A DNA stretch of 64,000 bases, taken from assembly GCA_963777955.1 (NCBI GenBank), contig CAVZSQ010000003.1:96001-160000 (forward strand). Reading direction: 5' to 3'. A program made the position numbers and the translations under genes. This document shows, one piece after another, positions 42,779 to 51,820 of the stretch. The stretch is from Calditrichia bacterium. GTDB taxonomy: Bacteria; Calditrichota; Calditrichia; JAJRVZ01. Each line of letters opens with the position of its first letter. Position 1 is the stretch's first letter. Below the pieces are notes generated by a model. The model had not been told where the DNA came from. It did not search any database and saw nothing but the letters and a program-made list of their open reading frames with translations.

Positions 42779-43842
42779 ATGCATCAATACAAGTTATATA
42801 TCTATAAGTTTTTTACTTGCGTTGTTTTTTTATTTGGTTTTTCGTGTAAGGGAGTTCAAGAGCCAATTGATTGGAAATCAGAAACTAATATAGACCTGTA
42901 TATTGGTAATCAGGGAGGAACTCAAATCCTGATCTATAATACTAAGCAACGGGCATTTGTCGATAGTATCGATGGTTTTAATGAATATGTCTGGAATATA
43001 GTAGCAACGAATAGTAAAAATAAACTTTACGTTTGCTCCCGGGAAAGCCCTAATAATGAACCCTGTGTTTATGCTGTTGATCGTTTGAGTAAAGAGAAAA
43101 GAATAATATTAACAAAAAGAGCAGAAATCTACATCTCATCCACGGGACTCCCTTTAATTATCAGCTGCTGAGATTCATGATACTCTGCATCAGGTGGGTT
43201 TAATAGACACACTTGCTGATAATATTACCTGGCTGGATACGTTGGATATATTATTCAACAATCACTGTGATCAAAGTATTGTATTTAATCCTCAATCTTC
43301 GTGTTTTTATGGTTTGACAAATGGGAATATTCTTTTTAAATATGATTATCAAGCCAAACAAATTTTAAGAATTTTTAAAAATATTTCCTTTCCATACCAT
43401 CGTATGATTATTGATAATTCAGGAGAATTCATTTATTTCACTGGTGGACCAGTTTTTGATGTAGAACGAGATTCTATTGTTGGGTGGGTGGATGGGAATT
43501 ATTTGGGTTCATTAGCATTAAGCCCGGATGGTGAATATTTATATGTCACCGATCCGGGGAAATATGAAAATCCTGAATCCGTGCCTGGTGGTAAAGTAGA
43601 AGTTTATTATACCCTTACTCGAAGTACTTACACTTATATTGACGTAAAAAATTCTATACCTGATGGACATGGTTGCCAGACTGATCGAATAGTGATTACA
43701 AATGATGGCAATACAGACTTTTGTAACAAACTGGATAGATTTAATTTATATTCTTGATCTTAAAAGATTTTTTGTATCAGATGTGATAAACTTAAATCGT
43801 AATGCCTTTCAGGCTGTTCCACTTGTTATTGTCAGTAAATAA
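42779..43842 (+). CDS. AT-rich YncE-like beta-propeller lipoprotein (frameshifts near 43165 and 43720)
   Basis: Lipobox FGFSC; LALSPDGEYLYVTD; ORFs 42740-43171 and 43194-43757 are in different frames. Confidence 0.6.
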
Positions 43843-43846
43843 AAAA

Positions 43847-43873
43847 GGTAACCTTTTATTAATAGTAACGTAT
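43847..43873 (+). promoter_or_regulatory. Putative ECF-sigma promoter
   Basis: GGTAAC-N16-CGTAT upstream of the MacA-like gene. Confidence 0.45.
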
Positions 43874-43957
43874 AAAAATTCAAGTTAGGTTGAATTCTGC
43901 TAACCTTTTATATTTTGATGTGTCATTTAAAGTACAGCAGCAGGAGGGTCAATATAA

Positions 43958-45058
43958 ATGCAGGCAAAAGTAAAAAAACGGCTGATCTGGACGGTTGGAA
44001 TTTTGATTTTGGTCATCATCCTGTATTTTATCTTTTTTTCAGGGTCCAATAAGCAGGAAAATGGCCGGCGTACAGTAAAAGTGACCAAGGATAATATTAT
44101 CGATAAGGCCCTGGCCGTCGGTTCCATCGAGCCGGTGAATGAAATTGATATTAAATCAAAAGTCTCCGGTGTGGTGGGGAAAATATATGCCAATGTCGGT
44201 GATTTTGTAAAGGCCGGTGATCCCCTGCTGGAAGTTAAACCGGATCCTACCCCGCTGGAAATGGCCCAGGCCAAACGGGACGTAGAAATGGCGGATATCG
44301 AAATGGCCACACTGGCTAAAGAACTGGAACGGGATAAACAACTTATGTCTAAAGGATTGATCGCCGACCAGGAATATGAGATATTGACCCAGAAATATGA
44401 TGAATCCAAACTGCGCCGTCAGATGGCCCTGGAAAGACTGCAGTTGATTCAAACCGGAAAGGTCAAGATTGCATCAACCAGGATTGAGACAGTGGTCAAG
44501 GCTCCATTAACCGGCTCTATACTGGAGAAGAACGTTAACCTGGGCGATCCCGTTGTACCGCTAACCTCTTATCAGCCGGGTACGGCATTGATGCGTATGG
44601 CCGATATGACCGATCTTATTTTTAAAGGGACCGTAGATGAAATCGATGTTGGAAAAATAAAAGTGGGTATGTCATGCGAATTGCAGGTAGGAGCCATTCC
44701 CGGTCAAAATATCAAGGGACATGTAATCCTGATTTCACTGAAAGCAAGGAAGGAAGATAATACCACGGTTTTCCCGGTGGAAGTCAAGATCGATGAAACA
44801 AATAATGCGGTTTTACGTGCCGGATACTCGGCCAATGCGCACATTATCATCGCCAGGCGGGATAGTGTAATTTCCATTCCGGAGCGGGTTATAACCTTCC
44901 GTAATGATTCAGCCTTTGTCCAGATACGAAAAGGGGAAATGGGTACCGAGGATAAATATATCAAGACCGGTTTGAGTGATGCCATCCTGATCGAAGTGGT
45001 GGAAGGACTTAAAGAAGGTGAAGAGGTCCTGGAAAAAGAAGTAAAACCGATTACCTAA
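43958..45058 (+). CDS. Efflux periplasmic adaptor (MacA-like)
   Basis: N-terminal anchor; IKSKVSGVV, VKAPLTG, VDEIDVGKI, LRAGYSANA. Confidence 0.9.
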   Translation: MQAKVKKRLIWTVGILILVIILYFIFFSGSNKQENGRRTVKVTKDNIIDKALAVGSIEPVNEIDIKSKVSGVVGKIYANVGDFVKAGDPLLEVKPDPTPLEMAQAKRDVEMADIEMATLAKELERDKQLMSKGLIADQEYEILTQKYDESKLRRQMALERLQLIQTGKVKIASTRIETVVKAPLTGSILEKNVNLGDPVVPLTSYQPGTALMRMADMTDLIFKGTVDEIDVGKIKVGMSCELQVGAIPGQNIKGHVILISLKARKEDNTTVFPVEVKIDETNNAVLRAGYSANAHIIIARRDSVISIPERVITFRNDSAFVQIRKGEMGTEDKYIKTGLSDAILIEVVEGLKEGEEVLEKEVKPIT

Positions 45059-45092
45059 TAAGTGATATTAATCGAGAGGTCTTCGATAAAAC

Positions 45093-46352
45093 ATGATTCA
45101 GGGAATTGCAAATTTCATTGAATATTTAAAAGAGATCTTTCAACATTTGCTGCAGTACAAAGGCCGCACCGGTATGACCATGTTTGGAATCATCTGGGGA
45201 ACCATGACGGTGATTCTTTTATTAGCCTTTGGAGTAGGGGTAAAAAAACAGATGAGCGCTAACATGCACGGTATTGGCGAGGGTCTGGTGATTGTCTGGC
45301 CGGGCCGTACCAGCATACCTTTCGAAGGGTATGGCCGCGACCGGCAGATTCGCCTGAATGAAGATGATATCGAAATGATCCGTTCGGAGGTAAAGGATAT
45401 CATCAGAATAAGTCCGGAGTACAGCAAATGGGGATCAATCATCCGGGTAGGAGATCAAATCAATCGCCCCAATATCACCGGTATTATTCCTGAATATGCC
45501 GAAATGCGCAGTCTCCGGCCGGAGAATGGCGGGCGCTGGTTAAACGATCTCGACCTGAAATATAAACGGCGGGTAGTTTTTATCGGCAACCTGTTGCGAG
45601 ATTTTCTTTTTGGCGAGAAAGCCGACGCTATCGGTAAATATGTATATATCGACGAAATACCGTTTATGGTCATCGGCGTAATGATACCCAAAACACAGCC
45701 GTCTTCTTACAGCCAGCGGGACCAGGACCGGGCTTTTATCCCCATGACTACACATAAATCAATCTTCGGCAAGCACTATGTTGATAATTTTGTCTATCAA
45801 ATCGGCGATCCGACAATTAATGAATCGGTCAGAAAACAGGTATATACCGCAGTGGGCAAGAAGTTTAAATTTGATCCCAACGATAAAGAGACGCTGGGCA
45901 TCTGGGACACTACCGAGTCTGATAAGTTTATCTATTACTTTTCACTGGGTTTTAACATCTTCATGGGCCTGATCGGGGTGATCACCCTGATCGTCGGCGG
46001 GATCGGCCTGGCCAACATCATGTATGTGGTGGTGCAGGAGCGGACACACGAGATTGGAATTCTAAGATCGGTCGGCGCCAAAAGCCGCAACATATTCGGA
46101 CAATTTATGCTGGAAGCTTTTGTGGTAATTGGCATCGGTGCCTTTATTGGGTTTGTACTGGCTTTTGGGATTATCCAGTTACTAAATGCCCTGCCAATGC
46201 AAGATTTAAAAGAGGCAGTTGGAATTCCGATATTCAATCCGCTGGTGGGAATAATTACGATGATTATCCTGGGGAGCATCGGTTTCCTGGCCGGTTATTT
46301 TCCGGCCCGGCGAGCGGCTAAAATGAAGGTGATCGACTGTTTAAGATACTAA
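45093..46352 (+). CDS. MacB/FtsX-like ABC permease
   Basis: TMFGIIWG, GGIGLANIM, ERTHEIGI, PARRAA. Confidence 0.9.
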   Translation: MIQGIANFIEYLKEIFQHLLQYKGRTGMTMFGIIWGTMTVILLLAFGVGVKKQMSANMHGIGEGLVIVWPGRTSIPFEGYGRDRQIRLNEDDIEMIRSEVKDIIRISPEYSKWGSIIRVGDQINRPNITGIIPEYAEMRSLRPENGGRWLNDLDLKYKRRVVFIGNLLRDFLFGEKADAIGKYVYIDEIPFMVIGVMIPKTQPSSYSQRDQDRAFIPMTTHKSIFGKHYVDNFVYQIGDPTINESVRKQVYTAVGKKFKFDPNDKETLGIWDTTESDKFIYYFSLGFNIFMGLIGVITLIVGGIGLANIMYVVVQERTHEIGILRSVGAKSRNIFGQFMLEAFVVIGIGAFIGFVLAFGIIQLLNALPMQDLKEAVGIPIFNPLVGIITMIILGSIGFLAGYFPARRAAKMKVIDCLRY

Positions 46353-46379
46353 AAAATTTCTGTGCGGAGATTATAGCTG

Positions 46380-47624
46380 ATGAATATTCTGATGCTGTTA
46401 AGGGAATTTCTTGAGGATATTAAATCTCAGAAGACACGGGCTTTTCTGACCACGATCGCCATTTCCTGGGGCATTCTGGCGGTAACACTGTTAATGGCTT
46501 TTGGCGAAGGATTATCATTCCGCATGCAGGAAGGATTTTTAAATGCCGGTGATCGTATTATCCGGGTGTATGATGGTCAAACCACCAAAAAATGGGCAGG
46601 ATTACCGGTTGGGCGCCGGATTATATTAAAAGAAGAAGACTGCCAGATTATAGAAAAAAATATACCCCAGGTGGCAGTGGCCGTTCCCGGATTTGGGCGA
46701 TGGGTTCGCCTGAAAGTTGGCGATAAAATATCCTCGACTTTTATGGAAGGGGTTTATCCTGATTTTGAATTTCTGCGGCGCATGTATCATGCCTCCGGCG
46801 GCCGGTTCTTAAACGGTAAAGATGTTCAGGAACGAAAGCGGGTGGTTTTTCTGGGCGGTGTAATTGCCAGGGAGATTTTCGGGCGGCCGGATCCGATCGG
46901 TGAAATCGTAAAGATTGACGGCATTCCCTTTACAGTGGTGGGTACCATGCCCAAAAAACTGCAAACCGCCATGAACAACGGACCCGATGATAGCCGGGCG
47001 ATTATCCCTTTTACCACCTACCAGAGCATTTACGGAGATAAGTATCTTGATGAGATGATTGTCAAACCGGCGCGTGTGGAAGATGGGATGTATGTGGAGC
47101 AGGAAATTCGCCGGGTACTGGGTAAAAAATACCAGTTTGATCCCACAGATGAGCGGGCTGTACCCATGTGGAATTTTATAGAAAATATAAAGCAGAGTGA
47201 GAAGATATTCAGAGGAATCAGTATATTTCTGGCGGTTATCGGTTCGATGTCGCTGCTGATCGCCGGGGTCGGGGTGGCTAATATCATGTACGTGGTGGCC
47301 AAGGAACGCACGCGTGAAATCGGCATCAAACGGGCAGTAGGTGCTAAAAGAAGTTATATAATTTTTCAGTTCATTTTTGAATCCTTGCTGATCTCCTTTA
47401 TCGGCGGTGCCGCAGGATTATTGGTTTCGGTGGGACTGATCAAACTGATGTGGATGATGCCGGTGCAGGAAGGGGCCATGGAATTCCTCAGCCGGCCGCT
47501 GCTGTCCAATTCGGTGCTGGTTGTTTCCATCAGTCTGCTGAGCTTGATCGGCCTGCTGGCCGGGCTGTTCCCGGCACGTAAGGCAGCCAGTATTGAGCCG
47601 GTAGAAGCGCTACGCTACGAGTAG
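46380..47624 (+). CDS. MacB/FtsX-like ABC permease
   Basis: AGVGVANIM, ERTREIGIKRAVGA, PARKAASIEPVEALRYE. Confidence 0.9.
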   Translation: MNILMLLREFLEDIKSQKTRAFLTTIAISWGILAVTLLMAFGEGLSFRMQEGFLNAGDRIIRVYDGQTTKKWAGLPVGRRIILKEEDCQIIEKNIPQVAVAVPGFGRWVRLKVGDKISSTFMEGVYPDFEFLRRMYHASGGRFLNGKDVQERKRVVFLGGVIAREIFGRPDPIGEIVKIDGIPFTVVGTMPKKLQTAMNNGPDDSRAIIPFTTYQSIYGDKYLDEMIVKPARVEDGMYVEQEIRRVLGKKYQFDPTDERAVPMWNFIENIKQSEKIFRGISIFLAVIGSMSLLIAGVGVANIMYVVAKERTREIGIKRAVGAKRSYIIFQFIFESLLISFIGGAAGLLVSVGLIKLMWMMPVQEGAMEFLSRPLLSNSVLVVSISLLSLIGLLAGLFPARKAASIEPVEALRYE

Positions 47625-47631
47625 AAATTAG

Positions 47632-48251
47632 TTACACGAAGAGACACGGAGCACGAAGAGACACGAAGTTACACGAAGAACAAACTCTTTTAATACCGTT
47701 ATTTTAGTACATTGACATTAAAATTGATTAACATTCCTACCTTAATTCCGGCGAACTCATATATGTAAGTATTTGCGCTTCATGTATTTATAATAGAGCA
47801 TCCACTGATTTGAATTCGTACGATGAATCTTGATTTCTATCTAACAGGATAATCGGGGCGAGTAATTGAAGTCTATTAAATTTTTATATTCCACGGGAAC
47901 AGGTTAGAGTCTGTCAATGAAGAATGTCTGTGTTACGAATTATTCGACAAAACATGCATTCTTCGTATGAAGATCAAAATCCAGTCCAAGTGACCTTATA
48001 AAAGCTTAGACTGGATTGTGGCATCGGATAGATCTATTGGTTGAAAATAAAGTGTTAGTTGAATTAAAGTCGACTGATACCCTGATGCCGGTTCAGAGGC
48101 TCAAATTTGACCTATATGCGCTTTGCCGGAATAGAAGATTGGATTGTTAATAAATTTAAAGTTAGATTTAAAAAAGGGAATACGAAGATAGTTATATTGT
48201 TATTCTATCTCAGTGTATCTTCGCCGAAGGTCTTCGTGTATCTTCGTGTAA
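47632..48251 (+). mobile_element. Repeat-flanked GxxExxY element (degenerate)
   Basis: ACACGAAG tandem repeats at about 47632-47680 and inverted CTTCGTGT copies at about 48212-48251 bracket a decayed gene. Confidence 0.6.
47823..48200 (+). pseudogene. GxxExxY (PD-(D/E)xK-like) protein, heavily decayed
   Basis: Fragments across frames: RIIGA..IEV, LESVNEECLCYEL, LRLDCG.RIDLLVENKVLVELKS, EAQ.LTYMRFAG, IGLLINFKV, GIRR. Confidence 0.8.
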
Positions 48252-48272
48252 TTTTTTATTCACAATCTATAA

Positions 48273-49040
48273 TTAATCAACTCTCCTTGAGCGGACGCCG
48301 AAATCCACATTATCTTTCAACCAGTCGAAGAAGAGAGTCTGATTGGCGATATATGTTCCGGGAATCAGGATCTTCGGATCTTTCCAGTAGACCATTACTT
48401 CCGCATCCTGGGTCCAGATTTTTACCCGGGTTCGCCTGACCCTGGTTTGCCAGTCTTTACCGACCACGGCGCTGGTGTACAACAGGCGGATGGTGACGCT
48501 GCGGGCTAATAGTTCCAGTGGTTTAACCACGATGCTGCGGAAATCCGTACGATTCTCCGCCTGAACATCGGGGATCCCGTCGCTAAGCATGACAATCGAG
48601 ATTGGTCGCAGCACCAGGTTTCTGTTTTTCACGGTCAGGGCAACCTGTTCAAAAAAAGCATTATAATCGGTAAACGGATTCAGGACACTTTTAGGAAAGA
48701 TTTCGGATAATTTCTGCCTGATCTCTTCAATGGATTTATGCTGAAATGTTTGAATGGGATGGAAAGTTTTCGGTTCGTTGGCTTTTGCTCCGCCGATGGA
48801 ACTGACGAATAACACGTTCGGTACTTCCAGACCGCGATAACCATTAAGGTGGCAGTATAAATAATAAGCCAGAAAATCAAGGGCATCATCATAGTATTTA
48901 CTTTTATTAAACGAACCGCTGATATCCATACCCACAAACATCGACAACCGAGGTTTCCCGACATCCGTGGCATCACCGCAGCCGTCCAACAGGATGACAG
49001 TCGATAATAATACAGCGCATATTTTTATAATTTTAAACAT
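48273..49040 (-). CDS. VWA-like lipoprotein
   Basis: Lipobox LLDGC; MIDAS-like GMDISGS, TDY, MLSDG. Confidence 0.75.
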   Translation of the reverse strand: MFKIIKICAVLLSTVILLDGCGDATDVGKPRLSMFVGMDISGSFNKSKYYDDALDFLAYYLYCHLNGYRGLEVPNVLFVSSIGGAKANEPKTFHPIQTFQHKSIEEIRQKLSEIFPKSVLNPFTDYNAFFEQVALTVKNRNLVLRPISIVMLSDGIPDVQAENRTDFRSIVVKPLELLARSVTIRLLYTSAVVGKDWQTRVRRTRVKIWTQDAEVMVYWKDPKILIPGTYIANQTLFFDWLKDNVDFGVRSRRVD

Positions 49041-49062
49041 GATATTTTCTCCCTGACTTTGG

Positions 49063-50287
49063 TCAAGACTTTTTGCTACTCTCGCGTTTGCTTTCCTTTT
49101 TGGTCAAAACCGTACTGCTCAATATGGTCGGATGCGTGATATCCTCCAGGTTTTTAAAAGGTATCTCGAACAGATGATTGGAGGCGATCAGCAGCACGCA
49201 AAAATTAATAGAAGCACCTATTACCTGCAGCGGGGGTAATATAAAGGAGGCGAAGATCTCCTCGCCCTGGTTTTGTAACCAGGCTAAATCCGATTTGATT
49301 CCTTTCATAAAATCGGACGCAGATCCGCTGTAACGGCTTTTTACCAGATTATTCTGGCTTTCTGTTTTTAATCCTTTCCCCTGGATAATGGCCATAATTG
49401 TGGGCGTACCAGGCGCGGCGAAAAGAACCCAGGAAAGCAGACGGACACCCAACCAGCAAAGTCCGGCAATCAGCTAAAGTCCAGAAAGCACCCAGTTGAA
49501 AATTTTCTACATTTTGAGCAAACCAGGGAACCAGTGAATCCACAAATTCCCGGTACAGAAATACCACTTCGACAAAAAGGGTTATCAATTCAATTATGCC
49601 GATACCGATAATGGCGGATATATTTTTCGATTTTAATGCATCCACCATGGTCGACAGTACGGCATAACTGCCCAGAACGATGAATAGCAGGAAGACAAAC
49701 AGGGGGATGCGAACAAAACTTGCCGACAATTGTTCACCGGTAATGTTGGAAAAAGTATCAACCACCAGCGGTGTCATGACATAGGTAAAAATAACAGCCT
49801 CCAGTAAGCACCACAGCAGGGTTAGGAAGACGGCGATCCAGGGGATGGAAGAACTGACCACGCTCTGCCCGGCGTTACGGATCAGGCGGAAAGGCAGGAA
49901 TAAAATATCTTTAATCAGGGCCCAGATGGCCAGTACGATGAGTTTAATCAATCCGAGCAATCCGCCGAAAAAATTAAACAGGAATTTAAAAATACCGCCC
50001 CAGAAAGAGACAATTGATTTACCCAGATCCCACCAGGTGATAATCAGGGCCGTAATGAATTCACGGCGGTTTTGCCTGAAGATTACCGTTAGCAGGCAGG
50101 CAATGGTTACCCAGCAACCCAGGATGAAAGCACACACGGGTAATAATAAAAATAATCGCTTGCCCAACATTACCAGGACATTATCTGCCGCACCCCAGGC
50201 AAAACTGATAAACGCATCCTGAAAAAACAGGGGGAATAAAAGTATGGAAAGAATAACCTTTATAATTCCACTGGTCTCACTAGGCAT
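49063..50287 (-). CDS. Uncharacterised multi-pass membrane protein (frameshift near 49465)
   Basis: ORFs 49349-50287 and 49063-49452 join to about 407 aa with many TM segments; GGAG RBS. Confidence 0.75.
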
Positions 50288-50478
50288 AAATGGATCTCCT
50301 GTTTTTAATTAAAATAGAAAAACAATTTCCACAAAAGTATGATTTTATCTAAGCGCCCCTTAACTGACGGAAATTCGAATCAAATAAATATAAGGTTCAA
50401 TATATAATCTATAATCGAATAAATGCCAAAAACATTAAGAATATTTTTAAGTTATTTCCAGGTTGTAGTCAATTATAC

Positions 50479-51630
50479 TTAATTATTATTAATTCCCATA
50501 CTGACCAGCAGACGGTCCACTTTGGAGCGGACCAGCATTTTCAGGATTTCCCAGTTACCGAATTTATTTCTTAGCTGGCCCAGCTGCAAATAAGTCTGAC
50601 GGGAAGTTTTGAGCACTGCCGGCTGATCGGCGACCGGTTTGCGGATAAGGCTCAGCGATCCCGTCGGACAGGTGGTAACGCAGAGCCCGCAGCCGATACA
50701 ACGGTCCAGCTTTATAGCGGACTTGCCATTATCGATATATACTGCATCCATCTGGCAGCGCTCGACACAGGTCTCGCATCCGTTGCAGGTGTCAGGAACG
50801 GAAGCGGCATAGAAAGGCGAAGAAAAATGGTCGACCGGTCTGGGTAATTTTTTCAAGGTTCTTAAAACACCACAGCAACAGCCGCAACAACAACAGATAT
50901 TACTGGCTCTCTGGTAATTCCCCGGTTGTAATACCAGTCCTGCTTCGTCTGCCTGGTGCAAAATCTCAATAGCTTCCTGTATACTGATTACCCGACCGAG
51001 GCCGTTTCGCTCATAGTAATCGGCGGCCGCTCCGAAGACAAGACAGGAGTCAAGCGGCCTGTTACATCCTGCCCCGGCCATGGTTCGTTCGCGGCGGCAA
51101 ATACAGGGAGCGACGACAATCTTGCCCCGCCGGCGGATTAATTCTTCGGCATTCTCATAAGTCATTACTTCAAGTTTTGGGGTCACACTGCGATTGACCG
51201 GAATGGTGCGTAACTGGGGAATTTTCCAGGCTTCTTTGAACAGAACCGGGATATATTCCTCCATATCCTTAATGAGTTCCGGATCCAGATTCTGAACATG
51301 ATATTCCCAGATACCGATAACAAACTGATTGGCCATAAACAGAGGTTGACTATCTGGTTTTTCTATGCTGTATATTAATCCTTTCAAAGACATCTGATTT
51401 AATCTCGATAAAGCCTGCGCTAGAGGAATAGCAGCCCTTAACGCAATAACCTCGGCTTTTTCGGGAATCAAGGTTAAGTGCACAGCCAGATCTGCTTCGG
51501 CAGGCGTGAATAACCTGCGTAATATTCGTATTTCTAAACCATCGCCGGTCCCGGGAAAACCTGCCGGTAAATTATTCAGGTGCCGGGCTAATTTTTTATA
51601 CGACAGTTCAGATTTGTCTTCCGGTGACAT
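50479..51630 (-). CDS. 4Fe-4S dicluster protein, same family as 41097-42376
   Basis: LNNLPAGFP, CICRR, ICCCCGCCC, CNGCETCVERC, CIGCGLCVTTCP. Confidence 0.88.
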   Translation of the reverse strand: MSPEDKSELSYKKLARHLNNLPAGFPGTGDGLEIRILRRLFTPAEADLAVHLTLIPEKAEVIALRAAIPLAQALSRLNQMSLKGLIYSIEKPDSQPLFMANQFVIGIWEYHVQNLDPELIKDMEEYIPVLFKEAWKIPQLRTIPVNRSVTPKLEVMTYENAEELIRRRGKIVVAPCICRRERTMAGAGCNRPLDSCLVFGAAADYYERNGLGRVISIQEAIEILHQADEAGLVLQPGNYQRASNICCCCGCCCGVLRTLKKLPRPVDHFSSPFYAASVPDTCNGCETCVERCQMDAVYIDNGKSAIKLDRCIGCGLCVTTCPTGSLSLIRKPVADQPAVLKTSRQTYLQLGQLRNKFGNWEILKMLVRSKVDRLLVSMGINNN

Positions 51631-51754
51631 TTAATCTCCCTGAGTTGATATTATAATGTTTCCAGCAATAGACCGGAAATAATATAGCGAAAGTAATCTT
51701 GTCAGCACAAATGATTCTAGTAATTCTTACAAATATTTGATAATAGCAACAAAC

Positions 51755-51784
51755 AAAAAACCCGGTTTAAAATAAACCGGGTTT
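51755..51784 (-). terminator. Rho-independent terminator of the M16 peptidase gene
   Basis: AAACCCGGTTT/AAACCGGGTTT stem with T-tract on the minus strand. Confidence 0.75.
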
Positions 51785-51820
51785 GGTAAAATCAACAATG
51801 AGAATATGCGACGACGACGA

